The notes under the pieces were generated by a model. The model was not told where the DNA came from, ran no database searches, and worked only from the letters and a program-made list of their open reading frames with translations. Positions 9,412-19,260 of a DNA stretch of 64,000 nt are shown one piece after another. The stretch comes from an uncultured archaeon (GTDB lineage Archaea > Asgardarchaeota > Lokiarchaeia > Sigyniarchaeales > SOKP01): assembly GCA_964632315.1 (NCBI GenBank), contig CAZWEM010000002.1:32001-96000 (forward strand), written 5' to 3'. A program made the translations under genes and the position numbers. Numbering within the stretch: the first letter of the stretch is position 1; each line of letters opens with the position of its first letter.

Positions 9412-10374
9412 CTATCTTTTTATTTCTCCGGGCAAGTAAAAGGGATATTGTTTCTTGAATACTTTTGTCTTCAAAAATCGGTCAAATTTGCGTACACTTT
9501 GGAAGATCTCCCACATTTGAGCATCGCTATCATAATATTTTCTAACTTCTTCAAAATTAATTGGTTCAATTTCGAACTCATTTGCCTCTTCCGCAAAAAA
9601 GTTATTCACCAGTCTTAATAATGCTGGTATCAATTCTGGTTTTTGCTCCTTGAAGAAATTTGCCACGAGATCAATAGTGACCTTCTTCCAGTCATAATAC
9701 CTTCCGACTGTTTCTTCAAGAAACAATGCTTTCAATAACCATCTTAAAAATGATGGGGCACTTTTTAATAGTAGTTCTGCTTGCATGGACTCAGCTCCGT
9801 TTACTCGAAGCATCGGAGTACTTGTATCTAAATAACATAATTTAGTATTTTCATCAATTTTTGGATCATCCGGATTAAAATTGATAACAGAAAAATTAGA
9901 TATTTGCCCATCTAATCCCAGGTCAAGTCTCTTATTTTTTCGATTGTAATCCCATACTTTTTTCATTTCTCTCATTACTAAATGAACCAGCAATAAAATA
10001 TCATCATTTTTTAAAACGTGAATTACACGGTTTCCTATCGAATTATAAGGAACTTGTTCTTGAACACAATAAAATTGAATGTTCCCTGAATCGTCGAAAA
10101 ACCAAGTTACTCCATAATCGGGTAGTGTCAATTTGACTTCATCTTTTAAAATTCGATTATATTCATTATAGGCCCACGTGTGTCTTTTAACTTGCTCTTC
10201 GGAATCAAAAATAGGTATCCTTTTGTAGGCAAGTTTAGAAGGATCACCTACTAACTCAAAGACCATACTAATCTCTCCATAACCAAGTATTTTAATTGGA
10301 ATTATACCCTCTTCAGGGTGAACTGTATCAATATTTTTTTCAAACTTTTTTAATAATTCAATATCAATATTCAT
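9412..10374 (-). CDS. DUF6206-like protein with a putative protein-kinase-like fold
   Basis: LGYGEIS Gly-rich loop, AYKR, DGQISN, YLDT. Confidence 0.6.
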   Translation of the reverse strand: MNIDIELLKKFEKNIDTVHPEEGIIPIKILGYGEISMVFELVGDPSKLAYKRIPIFDSEEQVKRHTWAYNEYNRILKDEVKLTLPDYGVTWFFDDSGNIQFYCVQEQVPYNSIGNRVIHVLKNDDILLLVHLVMREMKKVWDYNRKNKRLDLGLDGQISNFSVINFNPDDPKIDENTKLCYLDTSTPMLRVNGAESMQAELLLKSAPSFLRWLLKALFLEETVGRYYDWKKVTIDLVANFFKEQKPELIPALLRLVNNFFAEEANEFEIEPINFEEVRKYYDSDAQMWEIFQSVRKFDRFLKTKVFKKQYPFYLPGEIKR

Positions 10375-10467
10375 GGTTGATCCACTTTATTTGCGATACA
10401 ATAAAATAGATTTAATTTTTCAAAAATATAAAATTAATTACCTTAATTTAGAAGCAAGTCATGAAGA

Positions 10468-12000
10468 GTGAGAATTTTATTGAATTTAAATAAATTGAAG
10501 GTTTTGTCTAATGAAGATCTTGATGAGATTAATAATACGACAATGAATCTTTTGGAAAGTGTAGGAATTCGAGTTAAATCTGTAGAGACAAGAAGATTTT
10601 TAAAAGAAAAAGGAGCAATTATCAATGGGGTTGACGAAGCTCAAGTTAAATTTCCTAATTGGTTAGTAAAGGAAAGTCTAAGCCAGGTACCTAAAAATTT
10701 TTCGCTATGGGGGCCTGATGGATCCTATAAAATGACGATCGACACAGATTCTATCCATTTTGGGACATTTGGAGCCGCAGTAAACATGTATGATCCTATT
10801 AAAAAAAAAAAGATTAGAAAAGCAACTCTTTATGATACAATTGAACATATTAAAGTTTCAAATACGTTAGAAAATATTGATTGCTCTCACATGGATGTGT
10901 GGCCAAGTGATGTTCCTTTCACAGAATTACACTGCCATACCATAAAAGGATGGGCAAATAACAGTTATAAACCCTATGGAATGAGTTGTTTTGGTAAGAT
11001 AGCAAGTCAAGACATGATTAATTTAGTTTCAATAATAGTAGGTGGTTCAGAAGAAGCAATAAAAAAACCAAGGCTAATTGGAGTTTTCAATCCGACATCA
11101 CCGTTAAGATTAGAAAAAATTCAATTGAATGGTTTAACTGTCTTCGCAAGGAATCAACAACCATTGTTGATAAGTGCTGCCGCAAGTGCAGGATCTACAG
11201 CTCCAGTAACATTAGCGGGTGTTCTTACACAAGCCAACATGGAAGTACTTTCAGGCATCATTCTCGCTCAACTATTAAGTCCTGGAACTCCAGTTTTGTA
11301 TGGATCCACTAACACGATCATGGATCCCATAACAGGTAACAATGCTTATGGGGCGATTGAAATGACGTTACTAACAATAGCTAGTGCTCAACTCGCAAGA
11401 TTCTACCAAATTCCCTCCAAAGGTTCAGGGGCATTAACAGATTCTAAAATCTTCGATATGCAGAATGGTATAGAAAGGATTATGGGGCTTTCAGCAGCTA
11501 TAAATGCGGGACATAATTACATCACTTGCGCGGGTACCTATGAATCTTCCTTGTCAGAAGCATTAGAATTGCTAGTAATTGATGATGAATTAATTGGAAT
11601 GTTGAAAAGAGAAAAACTAGGAATTGAAGTTAGTGAAAACACTTTAGCTAGTGCAGAAATAACAAGCGCATTCAATTTGAAGAAAAATTATCTCGGAACC
11701 AAACATTCTGTTAAAAATACGAGAAAAGAAATTTTTATCCCAAAATTAATGAATAGAGAAAAAAGAGGGCGCTGGTTGAGATCTGGTTCGAATAACATTT
11801 TTAAAGTTGCACAAGAGAAGGTAAAAGATATTTTAAGCACCTATGAAAGCCCAAATCTTCCATCATCGATTAATAAAGCATTAGATGAATATATTAAACA
11901 AGTTTCTAAGCGTACTTTAGAAGATTATGCTAAATTGGAAGGTTTAAACGATACCCAAGATCCAAAAAACATAGGAAGTTTACAGTTTAACAATCAATAA
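10468..12000 (+). CDS. mttB: Non-pyrrolysine MttB-superfamily corrinoid methyltransferase (MtgB-like)
   Basis: SPLRL, GSTAPVTLAGVL.Q.N.E.LSG, PGTPV.YG and GALTDSK, with Leu at the Pyl-equivalent site and no in-frame TAG. Confidence 0.88.
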   Translation: MRILLNLNKLKVLSNEDLDEINNTTMNLLESVGIRVKSVETRRFLKEKGAIINGVDEAQVKFPNWLVKESLSQVPKNFSLWGPDGSYKMTIDTDSIHFGTFGAAVNMYDPIKKKKIRKATLYDTIEHIKVSNTLENIDCSHMDVWPSDVPFTELHCHTIKGWANNSYKPYGMSCFGKIASQDMINLVSIIVGGSEEAIKKPRLIGVFNPTSPLRLEKIQLNGLTVFARNQQPLLISAAASAGSTAPVTLAGVLTQANMEVLSGIILAQLLSPGTPVLYGSTNTIMDPITGNNAYGAIEMTLLTIASAQLARFYQIPSKGSGALTDSKIFDMQNGIERIMGLSAAINAGHNYITCAGTYESSLSEALELLVIDDELIGMLKREKLGIEVSENTLASAEITSAFNLKKNYLGTKHSVKNTRKEIFIPKLMNREKRGRWLRSGSNNIFKVAQEKVKDILSTYESPNLPSSINKALDEYIKQVSKRTLEDYAKLEGLNDTQDPKNIGSLQFNNQ

Positions 12001-13037
12001 ATTCCGATTTTTTCATTTAATGTCTTAGCGACAGCTAAATTACGGCTTGCCATTTCAATTGGCTCCCAGGGCCATTCACATCCAGCTGCATAAATATAGT
12101 GACCGTTTGGTTTTCCATCTCGAAGAGTTTTTTCTACCTCTTTCATTACATCGTCAATAGAATAACTAGAACTTCCTAATATTTGCGTGTTTGTATTACC
12201 TCTGAGACAATTTTTATTTTGTAGTTTTTCTTTTGCCATTCTTAGATTTACTTGATAATCCAAATCTAGAATCGCTGCGTCAGTACTAGAAACTAGTTTA
12301 AGCATATCTCGTCCTTCCTTATCGACTGTTGAGTTATCCCCACATATATGATATAAAACGGGCACATCCTTTTGTATAAAATGAAAGAGGGCTCTTGTTG
12401 CATCTAAGCAACACAACTCATATCTTTTTGGACCAATTTGCGAAATTGCTGAATCTCCCGCGCCAATTATGTCTGCTCCTGCTTCTATTTGTAATTTAGC
12501 AAATTCTTTTTGAATTGGGATTATTCGTTGAATTAAGTTTTTAATTTTTTTATCCCAATCTTCGTATCTACATAATTTTAACACGTTAACGAGATCAAAT
12601 AAGCAACATATTTCAGCGAATGGTGCTTCTATCCATCCAACTATGCATTGAGTTCCACCAACCATTTCAGAAAGTAACTTGACAGAATTTACTCGATTTT
12701 GAATTCTTATATTAGAGAGTAATTCTGGTTCTTCTATAGCATCAAAATCTGTAATACTTAAGGGTTTTTTTGCAATAGGTGTATGACTAGACCAATCAAT
12801 TTCAACCCCCCATGCATTTGCTTCTCGATATGCATCAGTAGATACATTCACGTGATCGATGCCAAAAAAATCTGCACACTTAATTTGAGCTTTTGCAAGT
12901 ACTGTAGGATTTTGGCAATATTCATGGTTATAATCTACATTCATCAAACTTGCCGCTAAGTGCATAATGAATGGATGGAAGGGAATTTTTTCGGGAACTC
13001 CATTTATTGCTGAGAATGTTAAATCTTTTGAATTCAT
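11994..13037 (-). CDS. MtaA/CmuA (uroporphyrinogen decarboxylase superfamily) methylcobamide methyltransferase
   Basis: EANAWG, AGADII, Zn ligands HICG and GCE. Confidence 0.85.
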   Translation of the reverse strand: MNSKDLTFSAINGVPEKIPFHPFIMHLAASLMNVDYNHEYCQNPTVLAKAQIKCADFFGIDHVNVSTDAYREANAWGVEIDWSSHTPIAKKPLSITDFDAIEEPELLSNIRIQNRVNSVKLLSEMVGGTQCIVGWIEAPFAEICCLFDLVNVLKLCRYEDWDKKIKNLIQRIIPIQKEFAKLQIEAGADIIGAGDSAISQIGPKRYELCCLDATRALFHFIQKDVPVLYHICGDNSTVDKEGRDMLKLVSSTDAAILDLDYQVNLRMAKEKLQNKNCLRGNTNTQILGSSSYSIDDVMKEVEKTLRDGKPNGHYIYAAGCEWPWEPIEMASRNLAVAKTLNEKIGIY

Positions 13038-13165
13038 CAGGGATTGTAAAGATCAATTATATTTTGAAATTCTATATTAATACTGACTTAAATTATTTTT
13101 TAAGAATCTTTTTTTTCAGTACTTAATTTTGTTCCTACAAGCTAAACAATAAAGGAGATTATGTC

Positions 13166-15199
13166 ATGAAATTTTCAAGTAATATGAGTCAAGAGGAAAG
13201 AATGGATTTTACTGATAAAGCGTTGAAAGATCTCAGCTTAAAAGAAAAGATTCATTTAATGTCTGGTCACGGATTCATAAAGTACTTACTGCTTGATATG
13301 GGATTTGGAAAAAGAGCTTTTCCAGCAGGGGGAGTTAAGAGATTAGGAATTCCTCCCTTTAAATTTACAGATGGGCCACGAGGTGTCATAATTCCTGGTT
13401 CTACATGTTTTCCAGTCTCAATGGCTAGAGCCGCAAGTTGGGATCTGGATCTTGAGGAGAAAGTCGGAGATATAATAGGAAAAGAAATCCGAGCACATGG
13501 AGGTAATCTTTTTGGAGGTGTTTGTATCAATATATTGAGACATCCAGCAGGAGGACGTGCTCAAGAGACTTATGGAGAAGACCAATATTTGTTAGGTGAG
13601 TTTGGAGCCGCTTTAGTTCGTGGTGTCCAGAAACATAACGTCATGGCAACTGTAAAGCATTATGCAGCCAATAACATGGAAAATGCACGATTCAAGATAA
13701 ATGTTAAAATGGATGAGAGAACATTAAGAGAAGTCTATTTACCCCATTTTAAACGATGCATCGATGCAGGGTGTGCTACGGTAATGTCTGCATATAATAA
13801 GGTTCGAGGAGAACATTGTGGACACAATCCTTACCTTTTAAGGACTATTCTGAAACAAGATTGGGGATTCAAAGGTTTTGTTCACTCAGATTGGATATAT
13901 GGATTAAAAGACACTCTGAAAGGGATTAGGGGAGGATTAGATGTAGAGATGCCCATGGGGAGATTTTATGGAAAAAAGCTATTAAAAGCCGTAAAAAATG
14001 GTGAAGTTCCCATAGAATTAATAGATGACGCAGCAAGAAGGATAATACGTACCACATTGAAATATACTAACAAGGGAGATGATGATAAATATCCTAAAGA
14101 TTTAATTGCAAGTGAAGCACATGTCAAATTAGCTCGTAGAGCTGCTGAGGAGAGCATGGTCTTACTGAAAAATGAAGATTCAATTCTGCCATTTAATCTC
14201 AACAACATAAAAAAATTAGCGATAATCGGGAGGTTAGCTGACTTAAAAAATACAGGAGATCACGGCAGTAGCAACGTGAAACAGGATAATATTATAACTC
14301 ATTTAAGCGGAATACTAGATTTTTGCAAAGGAAAAGTTGAAATTACCTATAATGAGGGCAATGATGAAGAAAGCTTGAAAGAAGCAGTTACGAATGCAGA
14401 TGCAGTAGTTATAGTTGTTGGTTATACTCATGAGGATGAAGGAGAGTATATCAAAATGTTTGGAAGAGAGGTTGGTGGTGACAGAGATAATCTGGGTTTG
14501 CATACTGAGGATGTGAGGTTAATCAATGCAATTGCTGAATTAAACAATAAAATAGTAGTGGTTCTTGTGGGAGGCTCTGCGATAATGATGGAAGAATGGA
14601 AATCGAAGGTTAATGCAATTTTAATGGCATGGTATTCGGGAATGGAAGGAGGAAATGCTTTAGCGCACATTTTATTTGGAAAAGTGAATCCAAGCGGTAA
14701 ATTACCATTCACCATCCCAAAGGATCCAAACCATTTACCATACTTCGATAAAAATGCCGATGAAATAGAATATGGATATTACCACGGTTATGCGTTATTC
14801 GAAAAGCAAAATATAGAACCCGCATTTCCGTTTGGATTTGGATTGAGTTATACTGATTTTGAATATCAAAATCTAAAAGTAGAAAAAAATGAGAATCAAA
14901 TAGTAGTAAAGTTCACTGTAAAGAACGTTGGTTCAGTGGAAGGAGATGAAATTATCCAAGCATATATGGGCTTTGAAAATTCTAAAATAGATCGTCCATT
15001 AAAACTCCTTAAAGGATTTATTAGAATTAATTTAAATCCAAATGAAGAGAAGGAAGTAGTTATTCGAATAGATAAGAATAATCTAAGATGGTATAATCCT
15101 GAAACAAAAGAATGGGAGTTTGAAAATATGGAATATTCAGTTCACGTAGGTGGATCTTCCAAAACAGAGGATCTTTTAACAGAGAAAATATCGCTATAA
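13166..15199 (+). CDS. GH3 beta-glucosidase with C-terminal Fn3-like domain
   Basis: TDGPRG, GRAQETYGED, KHYAAN, SDW nucleophile, NPSGKLP, FPFGFGLSYT; no signal peptide. Confidence 0.95.
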   Translation: MKFSSNMSQEERMDFTDKALKDLSLKEKIHLMSGHGFIKYLLLDMGFGKRAFPAGGVKRLGIPPFKFTDGPRGVIIPGSTCFPVSMARAASWDLDLEEKVGDIIGKEIRAHGGNLFGGVCINILRHPAGGRAQETYGEDQYLLGEFGAALVRGVQKHNVMATVKHYAANNMENARFKINVKMDERTLREVYLPHFKRCIDAGCATVMSAYNKVRGEHCGHNPYLLRTILKQDWGFKGFVHSDWIYGLKDTLKGIRGGLDVEMPMGRFYGKKLLKAVKNGEVPIELIDDAARRIIRTTLKYTNKGDDDKYPKDLIASEAHVKLARRAAEESMVLLKNEDSILPFNLNNIKKLAIIGRLADLKNTGDHGSSNVKQDNIITHLSGILDFCKGKVEITYNEGNDEESLKEAVTNADAVVIVVGYTHEDEGEYIKMFGREVGGDRDNLGLHTEDVRLINAIAELNNKIVVVLVGGSAIMMEEWKSKVNAILMAWYSGMEGGNALAHILFGKVNPSGKLPFTIPKDPNHLPYFDKNADEIEYGYYHGYALFEKQNIEPAFPFGFGLSYTDFEYQNLKVEKNENQIVVKFTVKNVGSVEGDEIIQAYMGFENSKIDRPLKLLKGFIRINLNPNEEKEVVIRIDKNNLRWYNPETKEWEFENMEYSVHVGGSSKTEDLLTEKISL

Positions 15200-15203
15200 C
15201 TTT

Positions 15204-16391
15204 TTATCTAATAATTTTTTGTTGCTTTAAGAATTCTTCAAGATCCTCCAGATTTTTTTTAAAATTATATCCAAATGCATTAATTCCAGATAAGATTTGA
15301 TTTCCAACAACAACAGCTTTTTGCTTAATGGATATTGGATTTCCATTTATATCTTGATAAGCAATAGGGATTTTGGTCTCTGTAATCCCCCATAATAATA
15401 TTAAACCTGATGGTTCGAGAGTGCAAAAGTAATAATCATCAAGAATTTTGAGGATATTTTGAATTTCACTTGCGTTAAAATTTTTTGTAGAAGACAATTG
15501 GATACCATGGCCTAAAGCTAGCAAAACTCCTTCATCTAATTCATGTATTTGACTTATTTTATCCATGTATTCAATTTCAATAAGACTCCCACGAAGTTGA
15601 CTAATATTGTCTTCCATCATTCTTTGAGTAGCACCAGACTGCCAACCTACATATAGTTTTGTTTTATTTTGGGGATCTACATACGATAAATCGGCGGGAT
15701 GCGTATCATTAACATGAGGAGGTGCATTCTTTTGGTGAGAAAACATACAACGGCAAAATTGGAAATTATAACCCCTCGCAGATGCTATATCTGTTGGATA
15801 TCTTACTTTTTCTGCAATTTTCTCGCCTAAGATTTTATGAAAGCCATTTTGACGAATGTTAAACCTGTTTGCTATATCTTCCAAATTAATATCTTTCTCT
15901 TTCTCTGGAGGATACCAATAGCGTGTTGCTCTAATCGGATTTTCTTCATTTTGGTCAACATTTTCATGGTACCAATCATTAAAATCTAAGTTGATATTGG
16001 CTACTTTAAATCGTTTTGCGATTTCAGGACCATTACATCCATGTTCACGAGATTTATTAGATACAATTCCCTGGAGTATTATCGGAGGTTTACTTAGATA
16101 ACTCTTTACTTTCTGATATTGTTCAGCTTGAAATCTACCTGTTGAAAAACTACCTGAACCAAAAATAAGATTAGTTACGGGACGGTCTTGGCTTACGGGT
16201 ACTAAAGGTTTTATTCGTGATCCCAATTTTTTACCAATTTCTTCCCAAACATCCATGCAGATGGCTCGTAACTCTATGGGAGATATTTTCGTCCAAATTT
16301 TATTCGCTAAGCGATGAATGGAATCAGTATTTTGCTGGCTATCCAGTTCAACTTGGTTTAATAACTCTTCATAAGACACAATATGCACCAA
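15204..16391 (-). CDS. Divergent formyltransferase-fold (PurN-like) protein
   Basis: IFGSGS loop, ARGY, THPADLS and ELDEG occur in PurN motif order, with large insertions. Confidence 0.55.
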   Translation of the reverse strand: MVHIVSYEELLNQVELDSQQNTDSIHRLANKIWTKISPIELRAICMDVWEEIGKKLGSRIKPLVPVSQDRPVTNLIFGSGSFSTGRFQAEQYQKVKSYLSKPPIILQGIVSNKSREHGCNGPEIAKRFKVANINLDFNDWYHENVDQNEENPIRATRYWYPPEKEKDINLEDIANRFNIRQNGFHKILGEKIAEKVRYPTDIASARGYNFQFCRCMFSHQKNAPPHVNDTHPADLSYVDPQNKTKLYVGWQSGATQRMMEDNISQLRGSLIEIEYMDKISQIHELDEGVLLALGHGIQLSSTKNFNASEIQNILKILDDYYFCTLEPSGLILLWGITETKIPIAYQDINGNPISIKQKAVVVGNQILSGINAFGYNFKKNLEDLEEFLKQQKIIR

Positions 16392-16423
16392 TAAAATTGG
16401 TTATTGCATTTGAGGATATTATT

Positions 16424-16888
16424 TTATTTGTTTTTTTTCCTCTTCATAGTTTGTTGAAATTCGATGTAAACTCCTAATTGATCATAAGTATCAATATAAG
16501 CCACCTTTTGTACACCTGCGGTCAATCCTTGATGAACGATCTCAAAACCTTTATCCGTATACTTTTTAACTAACGCATCCACATCTTCCACATATACACC
16601 AAAATGATGTAACCCCTCTTTTCCAGCATCGATGAACTCTTTGAAAATACAATCTCCCTTAACATGTTCTATTAATTCAATCTGGACGTTCAAACTTCTG
16701 CTAAAACCAATATTAGTTTGTATAGTGGTTTCTTTCCCTCGGTAAAGATATGGTGTTGGTTTATTTTCTAAAAACGCAAACTTAGGTAGATCCAACTGTT
16801 CTTCAAGAATTCTAGCTTGCTTCTTAATATCTTTATAGACATAGCCAAGTTGGTTTATTTTTAAATTTCCAAGATCTATTTGCTCCAT
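16424..16888 (-). CDS. VOC/glyoxalase family protein (methylmalonyl-CoA epimerase-like)
   Basis: QLGYV, QIELIE, GLHHFG, YIDT...IEF. Confidence 0.88.
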   Translation of the reverse strand: MEQIDLGNLKINQLGYVYKDIKKQARILEEQLDLPKFAFLENKPTPYLYRGKETTIQTNIGFSRSLNVQIELIEHVKGDCIFKEFIDAGKEGLHHFGVYVEDVDALVKKYTDKGFEIVHQGLTAGVQKVAYIDTYDQLGVYIEFQQTMKRKKNK

Positions 16889-17052
16889 TAATCAAAACCT
16901 AAAATATTAGTCTGATAAAAGCATAGAATTAATGATAAGTTAAAAGTTTATAAATTAGTACGATTAAGAAATGGCAAAACTAAATATTTTATGGCAATAA
17001 AGAAAATATAAATAATAAATAGTAATACTAAAAACATATTTTAGGAATAAGT

Positions 17053-17868
17053 ATGGCAAGACCATTATGGTTCGTGAAACTCTTAGAAAAAACATTTCCT
17101 AATGTTAGATTCATCGCGAAATTAACCAGAATCCCCATAATAGGAAAATTTATAGATATTTTCCTATTTCAAGATGATGAAATCATATATTTACCTAAAG
17201 ACAATGTCATTCCCGTTAATGTTAACCTTGAAAATAAAGGAGATTTAGTATTGCCAACCAGTATTTTGGAACACTTCATTAATAAGGCAAAATCTCACTG
17301 GATAATGAATTTCTGTATTTGCCGTGAATCAATGCAATGCAAGGATTATCCAATCAACCTTGGATGTCTCTTTCTTGGGGAAGCAGTTCATGAAATTAAC
17401 CCTGAATTAGGCCGTTTAGTCTCAAAGGAAGAAGCACTTGAACACGTGAGAAAATGCAGCGAAGCTGGTTTGGTTCACATGATCGGGAGAAATTTATTAG
17501 ATAAGCAATGGCTCGGTGTCAAAGATGGAAAAAAGCTTCTGAGTATATGTAACTGCGACCCATGTTGTTGTCTTTGGAGAGTATCTCCCATGCTATCTCA
17601 AAAAATAGGAAAAAAAATACAAAAAATCGACGGCGTGGAAGTACGAATAAATGATAATTGCATTGGTTGTGGTACGTGTACTGAGGGAATTTGCTTTGTT
17701 GATGCAATCAGAATTGAAAATGAGCAAGCCCAGATATCGGAAGAATGCAGAGGATGCGGTAGGTGTGTCGAAATATGTCCACAAGGAGCTATTGAATTCA
17801 AGATTAATGATGAAACCTACATTTCCCGAGCAATCAAGCAAATTGAAAAAATTATTGATGTGTCTTAA
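17053..17868 (+). CDS. Fe-S protein with C-terminal 2x[4Fe-4S] ferredoxin domain
   Basis: CICR, ICNCDPCCC, CIGCGTC and CRGCGRCVEICP. Confidence 0.9.
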   Translation: MARPLWFVKLLEKTFPNVRFIAKLTRIPIIGKFIDIFLFQDDEIIYLPKDNVIPVNVNLENKGDLVLPTSILEHFINKAKSHWIMNFCICRESMQCKDYPINLGCLFLGEAVHEINPELGRLVSKEEALEHVRKCSEAGLVHMIGRNLLDKQWLGVKDGKKLLSICNCDPCCCLWRVSPMLSQKIGKKIQKIDGVEVRINDNCIGCGTCTEGICFVDAIRIENEQAQISEECRGCGRCVEICPQGAIEFKINDETYISRAIKQIEKIIDVS

Positions 17869-17869
17869 A

Positions 17870-18988
17870 ATGAAGTTGGAAAAGTTCAAGTTAGAAGATT
17901 TTTTTGAAAAATATGAATTTAAGGTTAGGTATTTGCTCTGTGCTTCAGATTGTGAATCATTTACAATTGGAGAACTTCTAGATTTAGAAGATAATGCAGA
18001 CTTAAGATTAAAGCAACATTGGTTAGGGTATACAGAGTCTCCAGGGAGCCCCACACTCCGACTTGAGATATCAAAACTGTATCATAATATTGACCCCGAG
18101 GATATTATTGTATTTTCAGGAGCTGAAGAAGGAATATTCGTATTCATGAATGTTTATCTAAATGCGGGGGATCACGTGATCGTTCAGGAACCAGCATATC
18201 AATCACTTTTTGAGGTGGCAAATGCCTTAGGATGCGAAATAACACAATGGAGCATGAATTATGAGCAAGATTGGGAGCTTGATATAGAGTTCTTAGAAAA
18301 TAATATTAAGGAAAATACAAAATGCTTAATTCTTAATTTTCCCCACAGCCCTACTGGGTACTTACCCTCAAAAAAGAAGTATGATGAAATTGTCAAGATA
18401 GCAAAGGAAAGAAACGTAGCGATCTTTTCTGATGAAGTATATCGCTTTCTTGAGCTTGATCCGGGTGATGAACTTCCCCCGATGTGTGATGTATATAGCA
18501 AAGGAATTTCTTTAGGGGTGATGTCTAAATCTTTTGGATTAGCTGGCTTACGTGTCGGATGGATTGCTTCCAAAGAGAAACCATTATTGAGAAATCTCTT
18601 ATCTTTAAAAAACTACACGACTATATGTAATAGTGCTCCAAGTGAGTTTTTAGCGATGTTAGCATTGAGGAACAAGAAGCCAATCCTTGAAAGGAATAGA
18701 GAATTGATCAAAACAAATTTAAAATTATTAGAGGATTTTTTCAATGAACATGAAAATGTTTTCTCTTGGGTCAAACCAAAGGGTGGATCTGTTGCATTCC
18801 CTAAATTACTCATTGATGATGATGTGGATCGGTTTTGTCGAGATCTACTTGATGCTAAAGGAGTTTTACTCATGCCAGGTACCATTTTTAATTACAAAAA
18901 CCCACATTTTCGAATAGGTTTTGGTCGAAAAAATATGCCTATTGCAATACAACACTTTGATAACTACATTGCAGAAAACTATGATTAA
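17870..18988 (+). CDS. PLP-dependent class I/II aminotransferase
   Basis: SDEVY and SKSFGLAGLRVGW. The real start is the ATG at 17870; the 17651 extension overlaps the upstream gene. Confidence 0.92.
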   Translation: MKLEKFKLEDFFEKYEFKVRYLLCASDCESFTIGELLDLEDNADLRLKQHWLGYTESPGSPTLRLEISKLYHNIDPEDIIVFSGAEEGIFVFMNVYLNAGDHVIVQEPAYQSLFEVANALGCEITQWSMNYEQDWELDIEFLENNIKENTKCLILNFPHSPTGYLPSKKKYDEIVKIAKERNVAIFSDEVYRFLELDPGDELPPMCDVYSKGISLGVMSKSFGLAGLRVGWIASKEKPLLRNLLSLKNYTTICNSAPSEFLAMLALRNKKPILERNRELIKTNLKLLEDFFNEHENVFSWVKPKGGSVAFPKLLIDDDVDRFCRDLLDAKGVLLMPGTIFNYKNPHFRIGFGRKNMPIAIQHFDNYIAENYD

Positions 18989-19260
18989 TGAATACTAAAA
19001 CTATATAGGTAAGGAAACTCTTTTTTACTAAATACTGGGTTAATTTTTAGTAATTATTACTTCAAAATATTCGATATTGAAGATTTTTTCATCTGTTTAA
19101 AAGATGGATTTTTGATACTTGTATCAAATCTAATTTTTTCTATTGAGGTGGGGTATTTAATTATTTTAATGAATATTCCCGCTCATAAAGTTTTCAACAA
19201 TCTAAAAAGAGAATATGAGTAGGTCATGCCCATAAAAACAAATGAAGGATTTAAGCAAAA

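Noticed and set aside
10468-12000. Pyrrolysine recoding in mttB
   Set aside because: No in-frame TAG; Leu occupies the Pyl position.
17651-17869. N-terminal extension of the aminotransferase ORF
   Set aside because: It overlaps the ferredoxin domain of the upstream gene; ATG 17870 directly follows that gene's stop.
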